A stretch of 64,000 bases of DNA from an uncultured Poribacteria bacterium (GCA_958296135.2 CATQHZ020000001.1:192001-256000); one strand, 5' to 3'; shown: positions 47,694 to 58,690, numbered from the stretch's first letter. The notes: generated by a model not told the origin, from the letters alone. Translations and numbers: made by a program.

Positions 47694-48064
47694 TATATTA
47701 TACCACAAAATCAAGCGGAATGCAAGTCAAAATGCACACTGTTAGATTAGGGCAGATACTCCTAGTATCTCATAGAGTTATCGTCACTGCACCGAGCCCT
47801 ATTGAACGTGCCCGATGCCGATACGATGACAGTTGAGCGAACTGAATCGTTCTGGGCTTATCTATAGAAAATCTGCCAACAACATTTCAATACGTCTATG
47901 ATAACAAATTTTCAGAAATATGTCAAGAGAAAAAAACGAAAAAAGTTGACAGCAAATCGATTTCTGTCTATAATAAATGATAAAGGCATGATACGAGAAG
48001 TTCCAAGTTTTAAAAGGAGCAGATTTGCCGTATTTTCAGGAAAGGACACACGCTTAACAGGGAT

Positions 48065-49117
48065 ATGAAGCGAATAGGACTGATTTTTTTATTTTTGATG
48101 CTCTGTGGGAGTGCCGCGCGCGCGCGCGGCGAAACTGTCTTTATTGCGCAGGCGGAACCACAGGCGGTAACCGAACCGGCAGTGCAAACGCCCCACACGG
48201 TGCCAAAGCTGGAGACAGAAGAAACGGCGGAAGTCAGCGGCGCGCCGGTGGAGACTTCGGCCGCGATGCCGCCGGCAGTTGAAGAACCTGTCGCAACAGA
48301 ACCGCCGTGGGAGGGAAAGCGGCGTGTGCTAAAAATCGTTAACGATTATCGGTTGGCGGCGGACGAAGTGGTGACGACGCTCATCATCATCGCCGGGAAC
48401 GCGACGCTACACGGGACAGTCACCGGGAATGTGCTGGTGCTTGGCGGCGATGTGGCACTCGCACCGATGGCACAGATACATGGGACGCTGCGCGTTATCG
48501 GTGGGCAAGTGAGTGGCGGCACCGGAATGGAGCGGCATATCTACGTCCACAACGGCTGGCGCGCGGTGCCGGCGGGAACGCGTCTCCTCATGCAGCCGCA
48601 CACTGTCTGGGGAATTAGCAAGCGCGGCAACTTGTGGTTAACCATCGCAAAGTTTGCGATTTCCACGCTTACCTATCTGCTATTGGCAATCGTTTTCTCA
48701 CGGCAGGTTCAGCGAATGGAGAGGCGGATGAGCGAACATCCCATCGGGACAGTGCTGTTTGGCATCCTGATGCTCGTCTTTATGCCAGTGCTGCTCGCTG
48801 TGTTGACGCTATCAATTGTCGGCATCCCATGCCTGTTCCTGGTTTTAGGCGTGTTGTTTAGCCTAGCGATTTACGGGAAGACAGCAATTTTCCTCTTGAT
48901 AGGGGGCACCTTGCTGTCGGGACGTTTGAAACCGCTCGCTGTCATTTTCGGCTACCTCCTCTATTTTATGGCGACTTCGGTGCCTTATATTGATTGGGTA
49001 ACGTTTCTGGTTGTCAATTCCATCGCAATCGGCAGCTGCTTGCTGAGTGGTGCTGGAAAAAACGCACCGCGGCTGAGCAGGCATGCTTATACGCCTCAAA
49101 CGGCTGTCCATTACTAG
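48065..49117 (+). CDS. Membrane protein with bactofilin-like beta-helix and multi-TM C-terminus
   Basis: GNATLHGTVTGNVLVLGGDV..IHG.L..IGG repeats, then several TM helices (LSIVGIP). Confidence 0.7.
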   Translation: MKRIGLIFLFLMLCGSAARARGETVFIAQAEPQAVTEPAVQTPHTVPKLETEETAEVSGAPVETSAAMPPAVEEPVATEPPWEGKRRVLKIVNDYRLAADEVVTTLIIIAGNATLHGTVTGNVLVLGGDVALAPMAQIHGTLRVIGGQVSGGTGMERHIYVHNGWRAVPAGTRLLMQPHTVWGISKRGNLWLTIAKFAISTLTYLLLAIVFSRQVQRMERRMSEHPIGTVLFGILMLVFMPVLLAVLTLSIVGIPCLFLVLGVLFSLAIYGKTAIFLLIGGTLLSGRLKPLAVIFGYLLYFMATSVPYIDWVTFLVVNSIAIGSCLLSGAGKNAPRLSRHAYTPQTAVHY

Positions 49118-49217
49118 CTGCATGGGATTTCTCCCACAGAAACGTAACGTCAAGACAGCCTGATAGACGAAGTTGCCATCACAGACGTTGTGGAACAACG
49201 CGCCGCGAACAACAAAA

Positions 49218-50219
49218 ATGGGATTCAAGACACCTCTTTTTTTAACGCTGCTCATTGTATTGCCGGTGTTGGGCGGCTATTTGTGGTGGATGCGCCGTGG
49301 CAGGCGTGCCATCGCGCCGATGCGCATGAATTTTTCGGACATTGGCGCAATGCAGCAACTACCGAAAACGGTGGCTGTGAAAGCACTCCCACTACTGAAG
49401 GTGCTCAGATTGAGTGCCGTGGCACTACTCATCTGTGCCCTCGCGCAACCGCAGCTCTCGCAAAGCCGTGAACAGAAATTCTATGAGGGCATTGATATTT
49501 TACTCGTGCTTGACATCTCGGAGAGCATGCGCGCCGAGGATTTTCAAAACGCGAATAGAATCCAGACTGCGAAAACTGTCATCACCGATTTCTTGGAAAA
49601 CCGCAAAAATGACCGGATTGGGTTAGTCGTTTTCTCCGGTGAAAGTTTCACGCTGTGTCCGTTAACGCTGGATTATCCAATACTAATCGAACTGCTCCGC
49701 GAAGTGAAAATCGGGCAACTGGCAGATGGCACCGCCATCGGCGATGCAATTGCGACTGCCACGCATCGGCTCCGCACCTCCGATGCAAAGAGCAAAATCG
49801 TCATCCTGTTAACGGATGGAGAAAACAACGCCGGCACAATTCAGCCGAATGCAGCAGCAGAACTGGCGGCATCCCTCGGCATTAAAGTCTATACTATTGG
49901 CATGGGCAAGGAGGGCGGCGCGCTGATTCCTTATGAGGATACCACCTTCGGCAAACGCTACCGCGAGGTATTGACGTATCTTGACGAGGATACCCTCACA
50001 CAGATTGCTGGCATGACACGCGGCCGCTATTTTCGTGCCACCGACACGCAATCGCTGACAAATATATACGCCGAGATTGATAGGTTTGAGAAGACGAAGT
50101 TTGAGGTTGTCACATCGGTAGACTACAAAGCACTCGCGCCCTATTTCTTAATGCCGGCAGTGTTGCTGTTGGGTTTGGAGATGCTGCTGAGCAACACGGT
50201 GCTGCGGAAAATTCCGTAA
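49218..50219 (+). CDS. BatA-like von Willebrand factor A domain protein
   Basis: ALAQPQ, MIDAS DISESM, DRIGLVVF, PLTLD, GTAIGDA, LLTDGENN. Confidence 0.88.
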   Translation: MGFKTPLFLTLLIVLPVLGGYLWWMRRGRRAIAPMRMNFSDIGAMQQLPKTVAVKALPLLKVLRLSAVALLICALAQPQLSQSREQKFYEGIDILLVLDISESMRAEDFQNANRIQTAKTVITDFLENRKNDRIGLVVFSGESFTLCPLTLDYPILIELLREVKIGQLADGTAIGDAIATATHRLRTSDAKSKIVILLTDGENNAGTIQPNAAAELAASLGIKVYTIGMGKEGGALIPYEDTTFGKRYREVLTYLDEDTLTQIAGMTRGRYFRATDTQSLTNIYAEIDRFEKTKFEVVTSVDYKALAPYFLMPAVLLLGLEMLLSNTVLRKIP

Positions 50220-50314
50220 CCCACTGGTGTCCGTAGGACGAGGGCTGCTCACCTGCTGATGTCCGTAGGACGAGGGCCTGTCCCTCGTCATGCCCCGTGT
50301 TTAGGAGAGAAAAT

Positions 50315-51076
50315 ATGAAAAATATCATTGCATGCAATTTAGGAAGTTACAGACAGTTTCGCGAGCGTGCCTATCCGCACTTGGCTGAAATCGGGCTCAC
50401 CAATGTGGAAATCGGCGTGCCTTCCGCCGATGCGGTAGCGGCCGTCCAATCGGAATTGGACGCGCATGGACTGACTGCCACCAGCCTGCTCGGCAGTTGT
50501 GATGTGCAGTCAGAAACGGTTGTCTCGGATTTTCAGACGACGCTGGAAATCGCCGATAAGATGGACGTGAAGGTTATCTTCGTGAGCGTCCATGCCGGCG
50601 AGACTGCCCGGCACGTTGTCTATGAACGCCTCCGCGCCATCGGTGAGAATGCCGCGCCATCGGGCATTAAGGTGTGCCTGGAGACGCACCCAGATCTGGC
50701 GCACAACGGCGACATCGCGCTGGAGACGATGAAGGCCGTCGGGCAGCCAAACATCTGCCTCAATTTTGACACCGGAAACGTCTATTACTACAACCACAAC
50801 GTGACAGCGACTACGGAAGTTCAGAAAGTGCTCCCGCACGTCGGTGCCGTGCATCTGAAGGATACGAACGGCGGCTACCGGACGTGGCATTTCCCAACGC
50901 TCGGCGAAGGCGTTGTCGCTTTCAAAGCCGTATTCCAAACGCTCAACGATGCAGGTTTCTACGGGCCCTTCACTATGGAATTAGAAGGGGTTGAGGGTGA
51001 AAACCTTAACGAAGCCGGTGCAAAAGCGCGCATCGCCGATTCGCTGCAACACCTCAAAGATATCGGAGTGATATAA
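50315..51076 (+). CDS. Sugar phosphate isomerase/epimerase (TIM barrel)
   Basis: LETH, NFDTGN, VHLKD, GEG, ELE. Confidence 0.85.
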   Translation: MKNIIACNLGSYRQFRERAYPHLAEIGLTNVEIGVPSADAVAAVQSELDAHGLTATSLLGSCDVQSETVVSDFQTTLEIADKMDVKVIFVSVHAGETARHVVYERLRAIGENAAPSGIKVCLETHPDLAHNGDIALETMKAVGQPNICLNFDTGNVYYYNHNVTATTEVQKVLPHVGAVHLKDTNGGYRTWHFPTLGEGVVAFKAVFQTLNDAGFYGPFTMELEGVEGENLNEAGAKARIADSLQHLKDIGVI

Positions 51077-51435
51077 TGGATACGAACGCGTGTATTATCA
51101 GACTGGGTGCGGGGGAACGCGTCAGCGAAGCACTCGGAAAAATGTTAGATACGCCGGATATGACGACGATAGGGGCCTTCGCCGTTTCCAAGGAAAACCC
51201 TACCGAACTTCACTATCACGACTACGATGAGTATTGGTATTTTACCGAAGGGACGACAACGGTAACACTCCGTACGGCTGAGGGACAGCGCGCCTCTTAC
51301 CGCATCGGCGCGGGCGAGCTGGTTGTCACGCCCAAGGGGATTGAGCATGGGCATGTGCCGGACGATGTCGTGAAAGGCGTGCAGTGGGTGAGCGTGATTC
51401 ACCCGGCGGCACGCCGCGGGCATTTATATCGATAA
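51076..51435 (+). CDS. Cupin domain protein
   Basis: HYHDYDEYW..EG and P.GIEH motifs. Confidence 0.85.
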   Translation: MDTNACIIRLGAGERVSEALGKMLDTPDMTTIGAFAVSKENPTELHYHDYDEYWYFTEGTTTVTLRTAEGQRASYRIGAGELVVTPKGIEHGHVPDDVVKGVQWVSVIHPAARRGHLYR

Positions 51436-51537
51436 GAGGCGCGAGCTCCCCACGGGCCTGTAAAAATAGGCCCTCGCGAAACTCACCCGGGCGGCGCGGT
51501 CTTGAACCGCGCCGACTAGACAGAAGGAGATGAGACG

Positions 51538-52443
51538 ATGGCAACACAAACAACCTTGATGCCGATGCGGCGGTTGGGAAGAACCGACTTGAAAATCACA
51601 TGCCTCGGCATGGGCGGTGCAGGCATCGGCCGTGCCGATGTCACGGATGACGAGGCGGTTGAAGCTGTTCGCCGCGCGATTGAACTCGGCATCAACTACC
51701 TGGACACCGCGCCGCTCTACGGTGAAAGTGAACGGCGCGTCGGGCTCGCACTGGCAGACGGCTGGCGCGAGAAGATTTTTCTCGCCACCAAAACTGGCAC
51801 ACACCCCGAATGGCGCGGCGACTTCAGCGGTGCCGGCACCCGCCGAAGTGTCGAAAATAGCCTCCAACTGTTAGGCACGGATACCCTCGATGTCTGCCTC
51901 GTGCATGACCCGGGGAGTATGGCACCGGTCGTTGCGAAAGGCGGCGCGTTGGATGAACTGCAACGGATGCGCGAGGAAGGATTAGTCCAATTCATCGGAC
52001 TCGGCGTGCGGCAACACGAATTCCATAAAATCGCCATCCAGACCGGCGTGGTAGACGTGATTTTGACGTATCTCGATTACACGCTACTTAGCCAAACCGC
52101 CGATGAATGGTTGCTGCTGCTTGCAGCGAAGAACGACATCGGCGTTATCAACGGAAGCCCCATCGCAATGGGGCTGCTTGCCGGCGGGGAACCTGATGTA
52201 GCGAAAACTTTGCAGAACGTCCATATTGCAACGGAGGGCGAAAAGGCGCATCGCTTGTGGGAGTGGGCGGTAAAAAATGATTTGAATCTGCTGAACCTCG
52301 CCATCCAATTCTGTATCCGGCAACCGCGCATCGCAATGAATCTGACAGGTGCCAAGAATGCAACGGAGGTGGAGCAGAATTTCGCCGCCGCGACGACACC
52401 GGTACCGGCCGAAGTGTGGGAATTATTGAGTGAGCTGAAGTGA
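51538..52443 (+). CDS. Aldo/keto reductase
   Basis: LGRTDL, GINYLDTAPLYG.SE, ATK, SL..LG.D.LD...HD. Confidence 0.9.
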   Translation: MATQTTLMPMRRLGRTDLKITCLGMGGAGIGRADVTDDEAVEAVRRAIELGINYLDTAPLYGESERRVGLALADGWREKIFLATKTGTHPEWRGDFSGAGTRRSVENSLQLLGTDTLDVCLVHDPGSMAPVVAKGGALDELQRMREEGLVQFIGLGVRQHEFHKIAIQTGVVDVILTYLDYTLLSQTADEWLLLLAAKNDIGVINGSPIAMGLLAGGEPDVAKTLQNVHIATEGEKAHRLWEWAVKNDLNLLNLAIQFCIRQPRIAMNLTGAKNATEVEQNFAAATTPVPAEVWELLSELK

Positions 52444-52618
52444 TACCCAATGACGTTGATTTGTCAGCACGGATGTCTATATCCTCTGTTGCGAGTGGAT
52501 AGGGCAGTATCTACGCCCAGGGGACGGCTTAAGTCCCCACCTACCCTGTGGAGGAAGAAACTGGCTAAGGTTTCTGCCGAGTTTCCTGAAGGAAACCTGG
52601 GTTTCTTAAACTTATCTG

Positions 52619-53368
52619 ATGAAATTTGAGGGAAGAATCGCGTTGGTAACCGGCGCGAGCCGCGGCATCGGCAAAGCAACCGCGCTGAAACTGGCCAGCG
52701 AAGGCGCAAACGTCGCCGTGCATTACATGAACTCTTCGGACAAAGCCGCGGCGGTATGCGAACAAATTCGGGCCCTTGGCCGGAACGCAATCCCAATTCA
52801 GGCGGATATCGCCGAACGAGCCGCTGTCAACCGAATGGTAACGCAGGTTACCGAAGAACTCGGAACAATTGAGTTGCTCGTCAACAACGCCGGTGATGTC
52901 GGAGCCGTAGCATTTGCGGCACTCACACCGGCACACTGGGATAGGATTGTCGCCGTGAACTTGACAGGCCCGTTTAACGTGCTGTGGGCTGTGAAGCCGG
53001 GGATGATTGCGCAGCGGTTTGGACGCATCGTCAACGTTGCGTCCATCGCCGCGTTGGCGGTGCGCCCAACTCAGATGCCTTATGCAGCGGCGAAAGCCGG
53101 GGTTATCTCACTGACGAAGTCGTGTTGCGGGCCGCTTGCACCGCACAACATCCGAGTCAATTCGGTGGCACCTGGCGCCATCGCCACGGATATGCTCGGT
53201 GAAGTCACGCCGGAATTCGCTGAACAACTTCGGGCCACTACGCCCCTCGGCCGGCTCGGGGAACCGGAAGAGATGGCGAATGTCATCGCGTTTTTGCTGA
53301 GCGAGGAATCGAGTTATATGACTGGCGCGACGGTGATTGCTAGCGGGGGACGAATTCTCATTCCGTAA
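52619..53368 (+). CDS. Short-chain dehydrogenase/reductase (FabG-like)
   Basis: TGASRGIG, NNAG, YAAAK, VAPG. Confidence 0.9.
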   Translation: MKFEGRIALVTGASRGIGKATALKLASEGANVAVHYMNSSDKAAAVCEQIRALGRNAIPIQADIAERAAVNRMVTQVTEELGTIELLVNNAGDVGAVAFAALTPAHWDRIVAVNLTGPFNVLWAVKPGMIAQRFGRIVNVASIAALAVRPTQMPYAAAKAGVISLTKSCCGPLAPHNIRVNSVAPGAIATDMLGEVTPEFAEQLRATTPLGRLGEPEEMANVIAFLLSEESSYMTGATVIASGGRILIP

Positions 53369-53403
53369 ACGGGCAGAAACCAGAGAAATATGCCCTTACA
53401 GCG

Positions 53404-56065
53404 TTACACTTCATACACCTTCAGCACCTCATCGCCGTAATGGTTAATCACCTTCACGGCGATTTTGCCACCTGCAGGACGCGCAAACGGCAGACTCGCT
53501 GTCCGATACAGACTTGCCCACGCAGATGCGTCAATATCGTCACCCAACGTCTGCTGCAGTTTCTTGTAGGGCTCATCCGTGCCCGTGAAATAAGCGTGAC
53601 GCACGAAGAACGCCTCCTCGTCGTAGTTCGTGTCGATGAACCAACAGGCGATTGCGCCCGGGTTATCGGAACGCACCAAGCCTTGCCGCGCATCAAACAC
53701 ATCTACGCCGAGCAGTGTCACGACAAGCGTGTCGTCAGGCTGACGGTGAATCTTGATATCGGGTTCGCCGAAGTTCATGAAGAGGTTGCCCGCGCCGGTG
53801 TTTTTGAGTTCGCCTATCATTAATTCAGGACTCATCTTGATAGGGAGGATGGGGAGGCTGCCCATGCGTGTTCGCGCATCCGCCGTGTAACCTTCAAAGG
53901 TGAAACCGAGGACAATCAGTAGATCGAACTTGGAAAGGCACCGCGCGGCTTCTTTGACAGCAGCACCCATCCACTGCCGGCCGACTGTCTCATACTGCGG
54001 CCCGATGCTAATTGCGACGCGCTGTGAGTCGCCATTTTCATCGGTGTACGCACCCTCGGCGTGGAGATATTCGCCGGGGAAGGACGATATCCAGTCGAAC
54101 GTGAGGCGGTGTTGCACGCCGGCTGTTTTCAGATGTTCCAAGATGTGCGTGTGAAAGTTTTGGGACGCATCGGGCCCGGCGGGCTCTCCGACTGTATCTT
54201 GCACGCGGTGCGGCGATAAACTCTCAACGGTAAACGGACCCGTCACGCGCGTCCGCTTCCGCACTTCACGCGGCTGATCGTGGAGGATTTCGTTAGTCGC
54301 GCGACGTGCAGTGGAGGCATCCATCTCCGCCTGCCGCTCGCGCATGAGGGAAAGCCACTGCTGGTGCAACCGCTGCGTCTCCACGCTCCACGAAGGCTCT
54401 GTTTCTTGAGGGATGTCCCATTCTTCCCACTTTCGCCCCCCCCCAACTTACGTTAAGTTTTTTACGAATCTCGTCTAACCTCGGCGCATACGCGGCATGG
54501 ATGTCGTCAATCTCAAGGTTGTTCGCCATATCCGAGAGGCTGATATAGGGCGCGGTTTTGTAGACAAATCCCTGCTTGATGTCCGCTGCATCCTGCAACT
54601 GATAATAGGGATACACAGCAGACATGAGTCGGGTGCGCGCCAAGGCGAGCGCAACACGGGAGGTATCTATCGTTATCCATCGTCTGCCCCACTGTTCAGC
54701 AACGTAAGCGGTGGTGCCGCTGCCGCACGTCGGATCGAGGACGAGCTCGCCCGGGTCGCTTGTCATCAGCATACATCGTTGGATGACTTTCGGCTGAGTT
54801 TCAACGACGTAGGTTTTCCCCGAGCGTCCGCCGGCGGTATCTGTCCAAAGGTTGGTAATCGCGCGGCCGGGAGAGTCAGTGGCGTATCGAATATAGCGCA
54901 AAGATGTCCCTGGCGCAAAAAGTCTGCCTTGCTTTGCGAGTCTGTCTAATCCTTCGCGACTTGTTGCCCAACCTCTATCGCTTGTCGGCGTGAAAGGTTT
55001 GCCTTCAAACTCATATACGTAAGTGGCACTGCCTCCCGTCTGAGAGGTGACTGAATAATCGACAAATCGTCGACTGCCTTCAGGCAGGAGAGCTGGATTT
55101 TCTTTTTCAAGGTTTGTCATCCGACGGTGTGTTCCATCCGGCAGTTTGACCCGCGTATAAGATTCAAGGAGCGGGTCTGGTTGACGTTCGTCCCATTTGA
55201 TGTGGAGTGGCCGATACTTCATTCGTCCCCGGTCTTTGGCATACCAGAGGAGATAGTCAAATACCGACGAGATGGAGGTGGTAGAAGAAGTCATCTCCCC
55301 GCGAGTCCATGCAATTGTAGAGACGAAGTTGGCACTGCCGAAAACCTCGTCTAACAGCGACCGGACGAGGTGGACGTTCTCATCGCTGATTTGGACGAAG
55401 ATGCTGCCGCTGTCGGTGAGCAGCTCGCTGGCGACGGTGAGCCGGTCGCGCAGGTACGCCAAGTAGGAGTGAATGCCGAGCTCCCACGTATCGCGGAACG
55501 CGCGAATCTGTTCCGGTTGGAGCGTCACGTCTTCCGTTTTCGTATCACCGACGTTCGGTTTGCGCGTGCTGACTTGCCAGTTGCTCCCGAATTTGATGCC
55601 GTAGGGCGGATCGAAGTATATCGTCTGCACTTGGCTTTTGAGCCCCTCTTTCTCAGCGAGGGAATTCATGACGAGGAGGGAATCGCCCAGGATAAAGCGG
55701 TTGTGCCAGTTCTGTTCGTGCTGATAGAACTCGACCCGGGCCTCCAGTGCAAGGGTACTGAATTCTTCAAAGAGCAGTTCGGTCTGGCTGTTTTCCTCTG
55801 TCGCCTTTTTGCGAAGTGTTTGGATGATGGCTTCGGATTGGATGTGTTCCTGTGCGTAAATCGGCACGGCGTGAACGCCGAGGGCATCGCTATTCTGTTC
55901 GTCTTTGCCTTTCCAGACGAGCTGCGGATCCAGCGCGATATCGCGCGGGTAGCGGGTGGTGTCGGGTTGCGTTTCCGCGTCTGCCGCCAGCCCGCTGAGT
56001 TCCTGGGTAGGGATGTTGGTGCGTTTATGGGGGTGTTGATAATGGTCTGTCGATTTTTTTGGCAT
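53404..56065 (-). pseudogene. Type III Mod-like adenine DNA methyltransferase, frameshifted at G9 tract (C9 at 54436-54444 on + strand)
   Basis: ATG 56065 follows AGGAG. First frame has DPPYG and DPTCGSGTT. Second frame has KWEEWDIPQE...GPFTVESL...IAVKVINHYGDE. G8 or G11 would join the frames. Confidence 0.85.
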
Positions 56066-56144
56066 CGTATGTCTCCTATCAACGGTGAAGGTGCCGTGCG
56101 GCGCGAAGTTAGGCGCGCCGCACGGCACTGACGCGTCTTGCGGC

Positions 56145-56480
56145 TTATTGCGACTCGTTCTCATTCTGCTGCGCCTTCTGGTTTTCCAGTTCGGCGATGC
56201 GCTCAACTAGCCGCTCGCTTGCTTTATCGCGTGCTTCAAGTTCAGCGATGCGCGATGTCTTTTCTGCATCACGTGCTTCGAGTTCGATGATGCGCTCGAT
56301 TAACCGTTCGCGTTCTCTGATTCTGAACAACACTTTTTGAGTCCCCCAGTGTATGAGTGCGGCGAGTAAAGTGCGAGTAGCGGGCCGCCACTGCTCTCTA
56401 AGTATCGCCCACTTGCCCCGGGCTTTTCTGTTTGCTGCATCGTCTCCCCCAATGGTTTCTTTTCCGCTTTTCGTGGCCAT
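56145..56480 (-). pseudogene. Internally deleted tandem copy of the 56552..57028 gene
   Basis: Near-identical DNA but lacking the 139 nt equivalent to 56819-56957. Confidence 0.65.
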
Positions 56481-56551
56481 TCCCCTGAACGGTGAAGGTG
56501 CCGTGCGGCGCGAAGTTAGGCGCGCCGCACTTTACCGATGCGTCTTTCGGC

Positions 56552-57028
56552 TTATTGCGGCTCGTTCTCCTTCTGCTGCGCCTGTTGGTTTTCCAGTTCG
56601 GCGATGCGCGATGTCTGTTCGGCAATGCGCGATGTCTGTTCGGCGATGCGCGCAGTCTTTTCTGCATCACGTGCCTCGAGTTCGGTGATGCGATGGGCTA
56701 ACTGCTCGCGCTCTCTATCGCGTGTTTCAAGTTCGATGATGCGCTCGATTAACCGTTCGCGTTCTCTGATTTTGAACAACACTTTTTGAGTCCCCCAGTG
56801 TATGAGTGCGGCGAGTAAGACGGCTGCAATAGAGACAGCTTGCGCCGCGCTGCTGTGCTTCTGCAGGGTGTCAACGAGGGTGACACTCGTCTGGGTGGTA
56901 ATGTTTTCTTGATGATGGACATAAGCCAGATACCCGATAAAGGTAAGCAGTCCGATGAGTGCGAGTAGCGGGCCGCCACTGCTCTCTAAGTATCGCCCAC
57001 TTGCCCCGGGCTTTTCTGTTTGCTGCAT
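56552..57028 (-). CDS. Two-TM membrane protein with C-terminal coiled coil
   Basis: SD GGAG before MQQTEK, two hydrophobic helices, heptad RIAEQTS/RIAELE repeats. Confidence 0.65.
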   Translation of the reverse strand: MQQTEKPGASGRYLESSGGPLLALIGLLTFIGYLAYVHHQENITTQTSVTLVDTLQKHSSAAQAVSIAAVLLAALIHWGTQKVLFKIRERERLIERIIELETRDREREQLAHRITELEARDAEKTARIAEQTSRIAEQTSRIAELENQQAQQKENEPQ

Positions 57029-57313
57029 CGTCTCCCCCAATGGTTTCTTTTCCGCTTTTCGTGGCCATTCCCCTGAACGGTGAAAGCGCAGCTCAACGCA
57101 TCGCGCTTGTGTCTTTAATGATACCACACATCCACCGAAATGTCAAATTGACCGGGGGGGGGACCCGGAGGTTAACACCCTCCGGCTATAGAAATCCGCC
57201 CTTACAGGTGAGCGCGATGGCCGCAGCGTTGCCGCAGGCGGGCTGCCCGGAAAAATTGTCCGATTTCATACTGAAACTTCAGGCGAGCCCGAACGACAGA
57301 AGTTCATTTGGGA

Positions 57314-58438
57314 TTACACACAAAACCTATCAACAAAACGGCTGAAAATGGTAACGCCTTTGTCAAACTGGTCCAACGCCATCCACTCATCAACGGTATG
57401 TGCTTGTAGAATGCTCCCCGGCCCGATGATGACAATTTCCATGTGCTGCGCGAAGGCGGTAGCATCCGTGCCGTAGGCGACAGTACGCGGGGCCGTCTCG
57501 CCGGTAATCTCAAGGGCGGCTTGGATAATCTCCGCATCGGGCTCGGTGCGCACCGGTGGCCCCCCGATTAACATCTCAAAATCTAACCCGTGTCGTTCGG
57601 CGGACTCGCGCGCGCGGTTCACCCACGCCTGCGTATCGTGCCCCGGCATCGGACGGTAGTTGATATTGCACACACTGCGCGGCGCAGTGATGTTCGCCGC
57701 ACACTCGCCATCGCTGAGCGTGATGTTCCAATCCGTAAAAGGCGGCGAGAATTCGGAATTGAAATACCGCGAATCCGTAGTCAATTCGTGATAAATCTCA
57801 CGCATTTCGGCGAGGAACGGAATCATCTTGAGATTGGCATTGTCGCCTTTGCCGGTGCTGCTGTGCGCGGCGTATCCGTGCGCAGTAACAGTAAAGCGGC
57901 AGACCCCTTTGTGCCCATACACGGCGTGCAGCTCCGTCGGTTCGCCGACAACGCCATAGCAGGGGAACCCATGCCGTTTGAACATCTCCGATTTTTCGAC
58001 AACCGCTGTCGCACCGAGATAGCCTACCTCTTCATCGGCGGTGATGACGACATACAACGGCGCGGTGAGTTCTGACGCTGCGTATCGGGACGCTACTTCT
58101 ATCATACAGGCGACGCTCCCTTTCATATCGCAACTACCGCGCCCATACATCTTTCCATCGATAATCCGCGCCTCAAACGGATTTTCCGACCAGGCGATAG
58201 CGGGCACCGTGTCTATATGCCCAAGCAGGGCCAGCCCGCGTTCACCTGTGTTCGTTCGTCCCTTGCGCCCAATCAGATTCACCTTCAGCACACCACCCGG
58301 GTCGGTGTAGGCCACCCGTTCCACTTCGCAACCGATAGATTCCAGCGTTTCTGTCAGGAAATCCATCACCTCAACGTTGCTCCGCGTGCTGACCGTATTG
58401 TAACTAATGAGGGTTTTCGTCAGTTCTTTTGCATCCAT
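57314..58438 (-). CDS. argE: Acetylornithine deacetylase / M20 peptidase
   Basis: GHIDTVP, GRGSCDMKG, DEE, GEPT, AHSS, GPGSI.QAH. Confidence 0.82.
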   Translation of the reverse strand: MDAKELTKTLISYNTVSTRSNVEVMDFLTETLESIGCEVERVAYTDPGGVLKVNLIGRKGRTNTGERGLALLGHIDTVPAIAWSENPFEARIIDGKMYGRGSCDMKGSVACMIEVASRYAASELTAPLYVVITADEEVGYLGATAVVEKSEMFKRHGFPCYGVVGEPTELHAVYGHKGVCRFTVTAHGYAAHSSTGKGDNANLKMIPFLAEMREIYHELTTDSRYFNSEFSPPFTDWNITLSDGECAANITAPRSVCNINYRPMPGHDTQAWVNRARESAERHGLDFEMLIGGPPVRTEPDAEIIQAALEITGETAPRTVAYGTDATAFAQHMEIVIIGPGSILQAHTVDEWMALDQFDKGVTIFSRFVDRFCV

Positions 58439-58564
58439 GTGATTTATTTTACAACAAGCGGCGAATTTTGTCAAGGCCCTTTCGTTTCCGGCCCAAGAAC
58501 GATTCAGTTATCCGTTTTTGACATCACCCGTGAAAATGAACAACGCGCCTCTCCCGATGCCCCA

Positions 58565-58620
58565 GTAGGAGAGCCCTCCCGGGCTCGATACCCCGGTAGG
58601 AGAGCCCTCCCGGTCTCGAC
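58565..58620. repeat. Tandem REP pair GTAGGAGAGCCCTCCCGG(G/T)CTCGA
   Basis: Two direct copies. The same family occurs inside the WD40 ORFs. Confidence 0.7.
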
Positions 58621-58690
58621 ACTCAATCCTCCTACAAAACGTAACCCAAATTTGATAAAACGCCGAAAACCATTAAAATTATATTTTAAT

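Larger units (their letters stand above)
46333..47799 (-). mobile_element. Non-autonomous IS607-like (tnpB-only) element, copy 2
   Basis: Left end GGGCTCGGTGCAGTG as in copy 1. Right end ...GAGATTCTCATAGGTTATGTAGTGCGG. CTATGAGA and TATCTGCC motifs occur at both ends. Confidence 0.75.

Noticed and set aside
56081-56531. Integron attC sites (GCCTAAC...GTT)
   Set aside because: The core-to-core span is about 38 nt, shorter than known attC sites, the hairpin is not centred between the cores, and no integrase is present.
57154-57162. Third G9 tract as a phase-variation switch
   Set aside because: Intergenic and adjacent to a REP-like hairpin, with no demonstrable effect. Its identical length is a caution that G9 could reflect base-calling behaviour.
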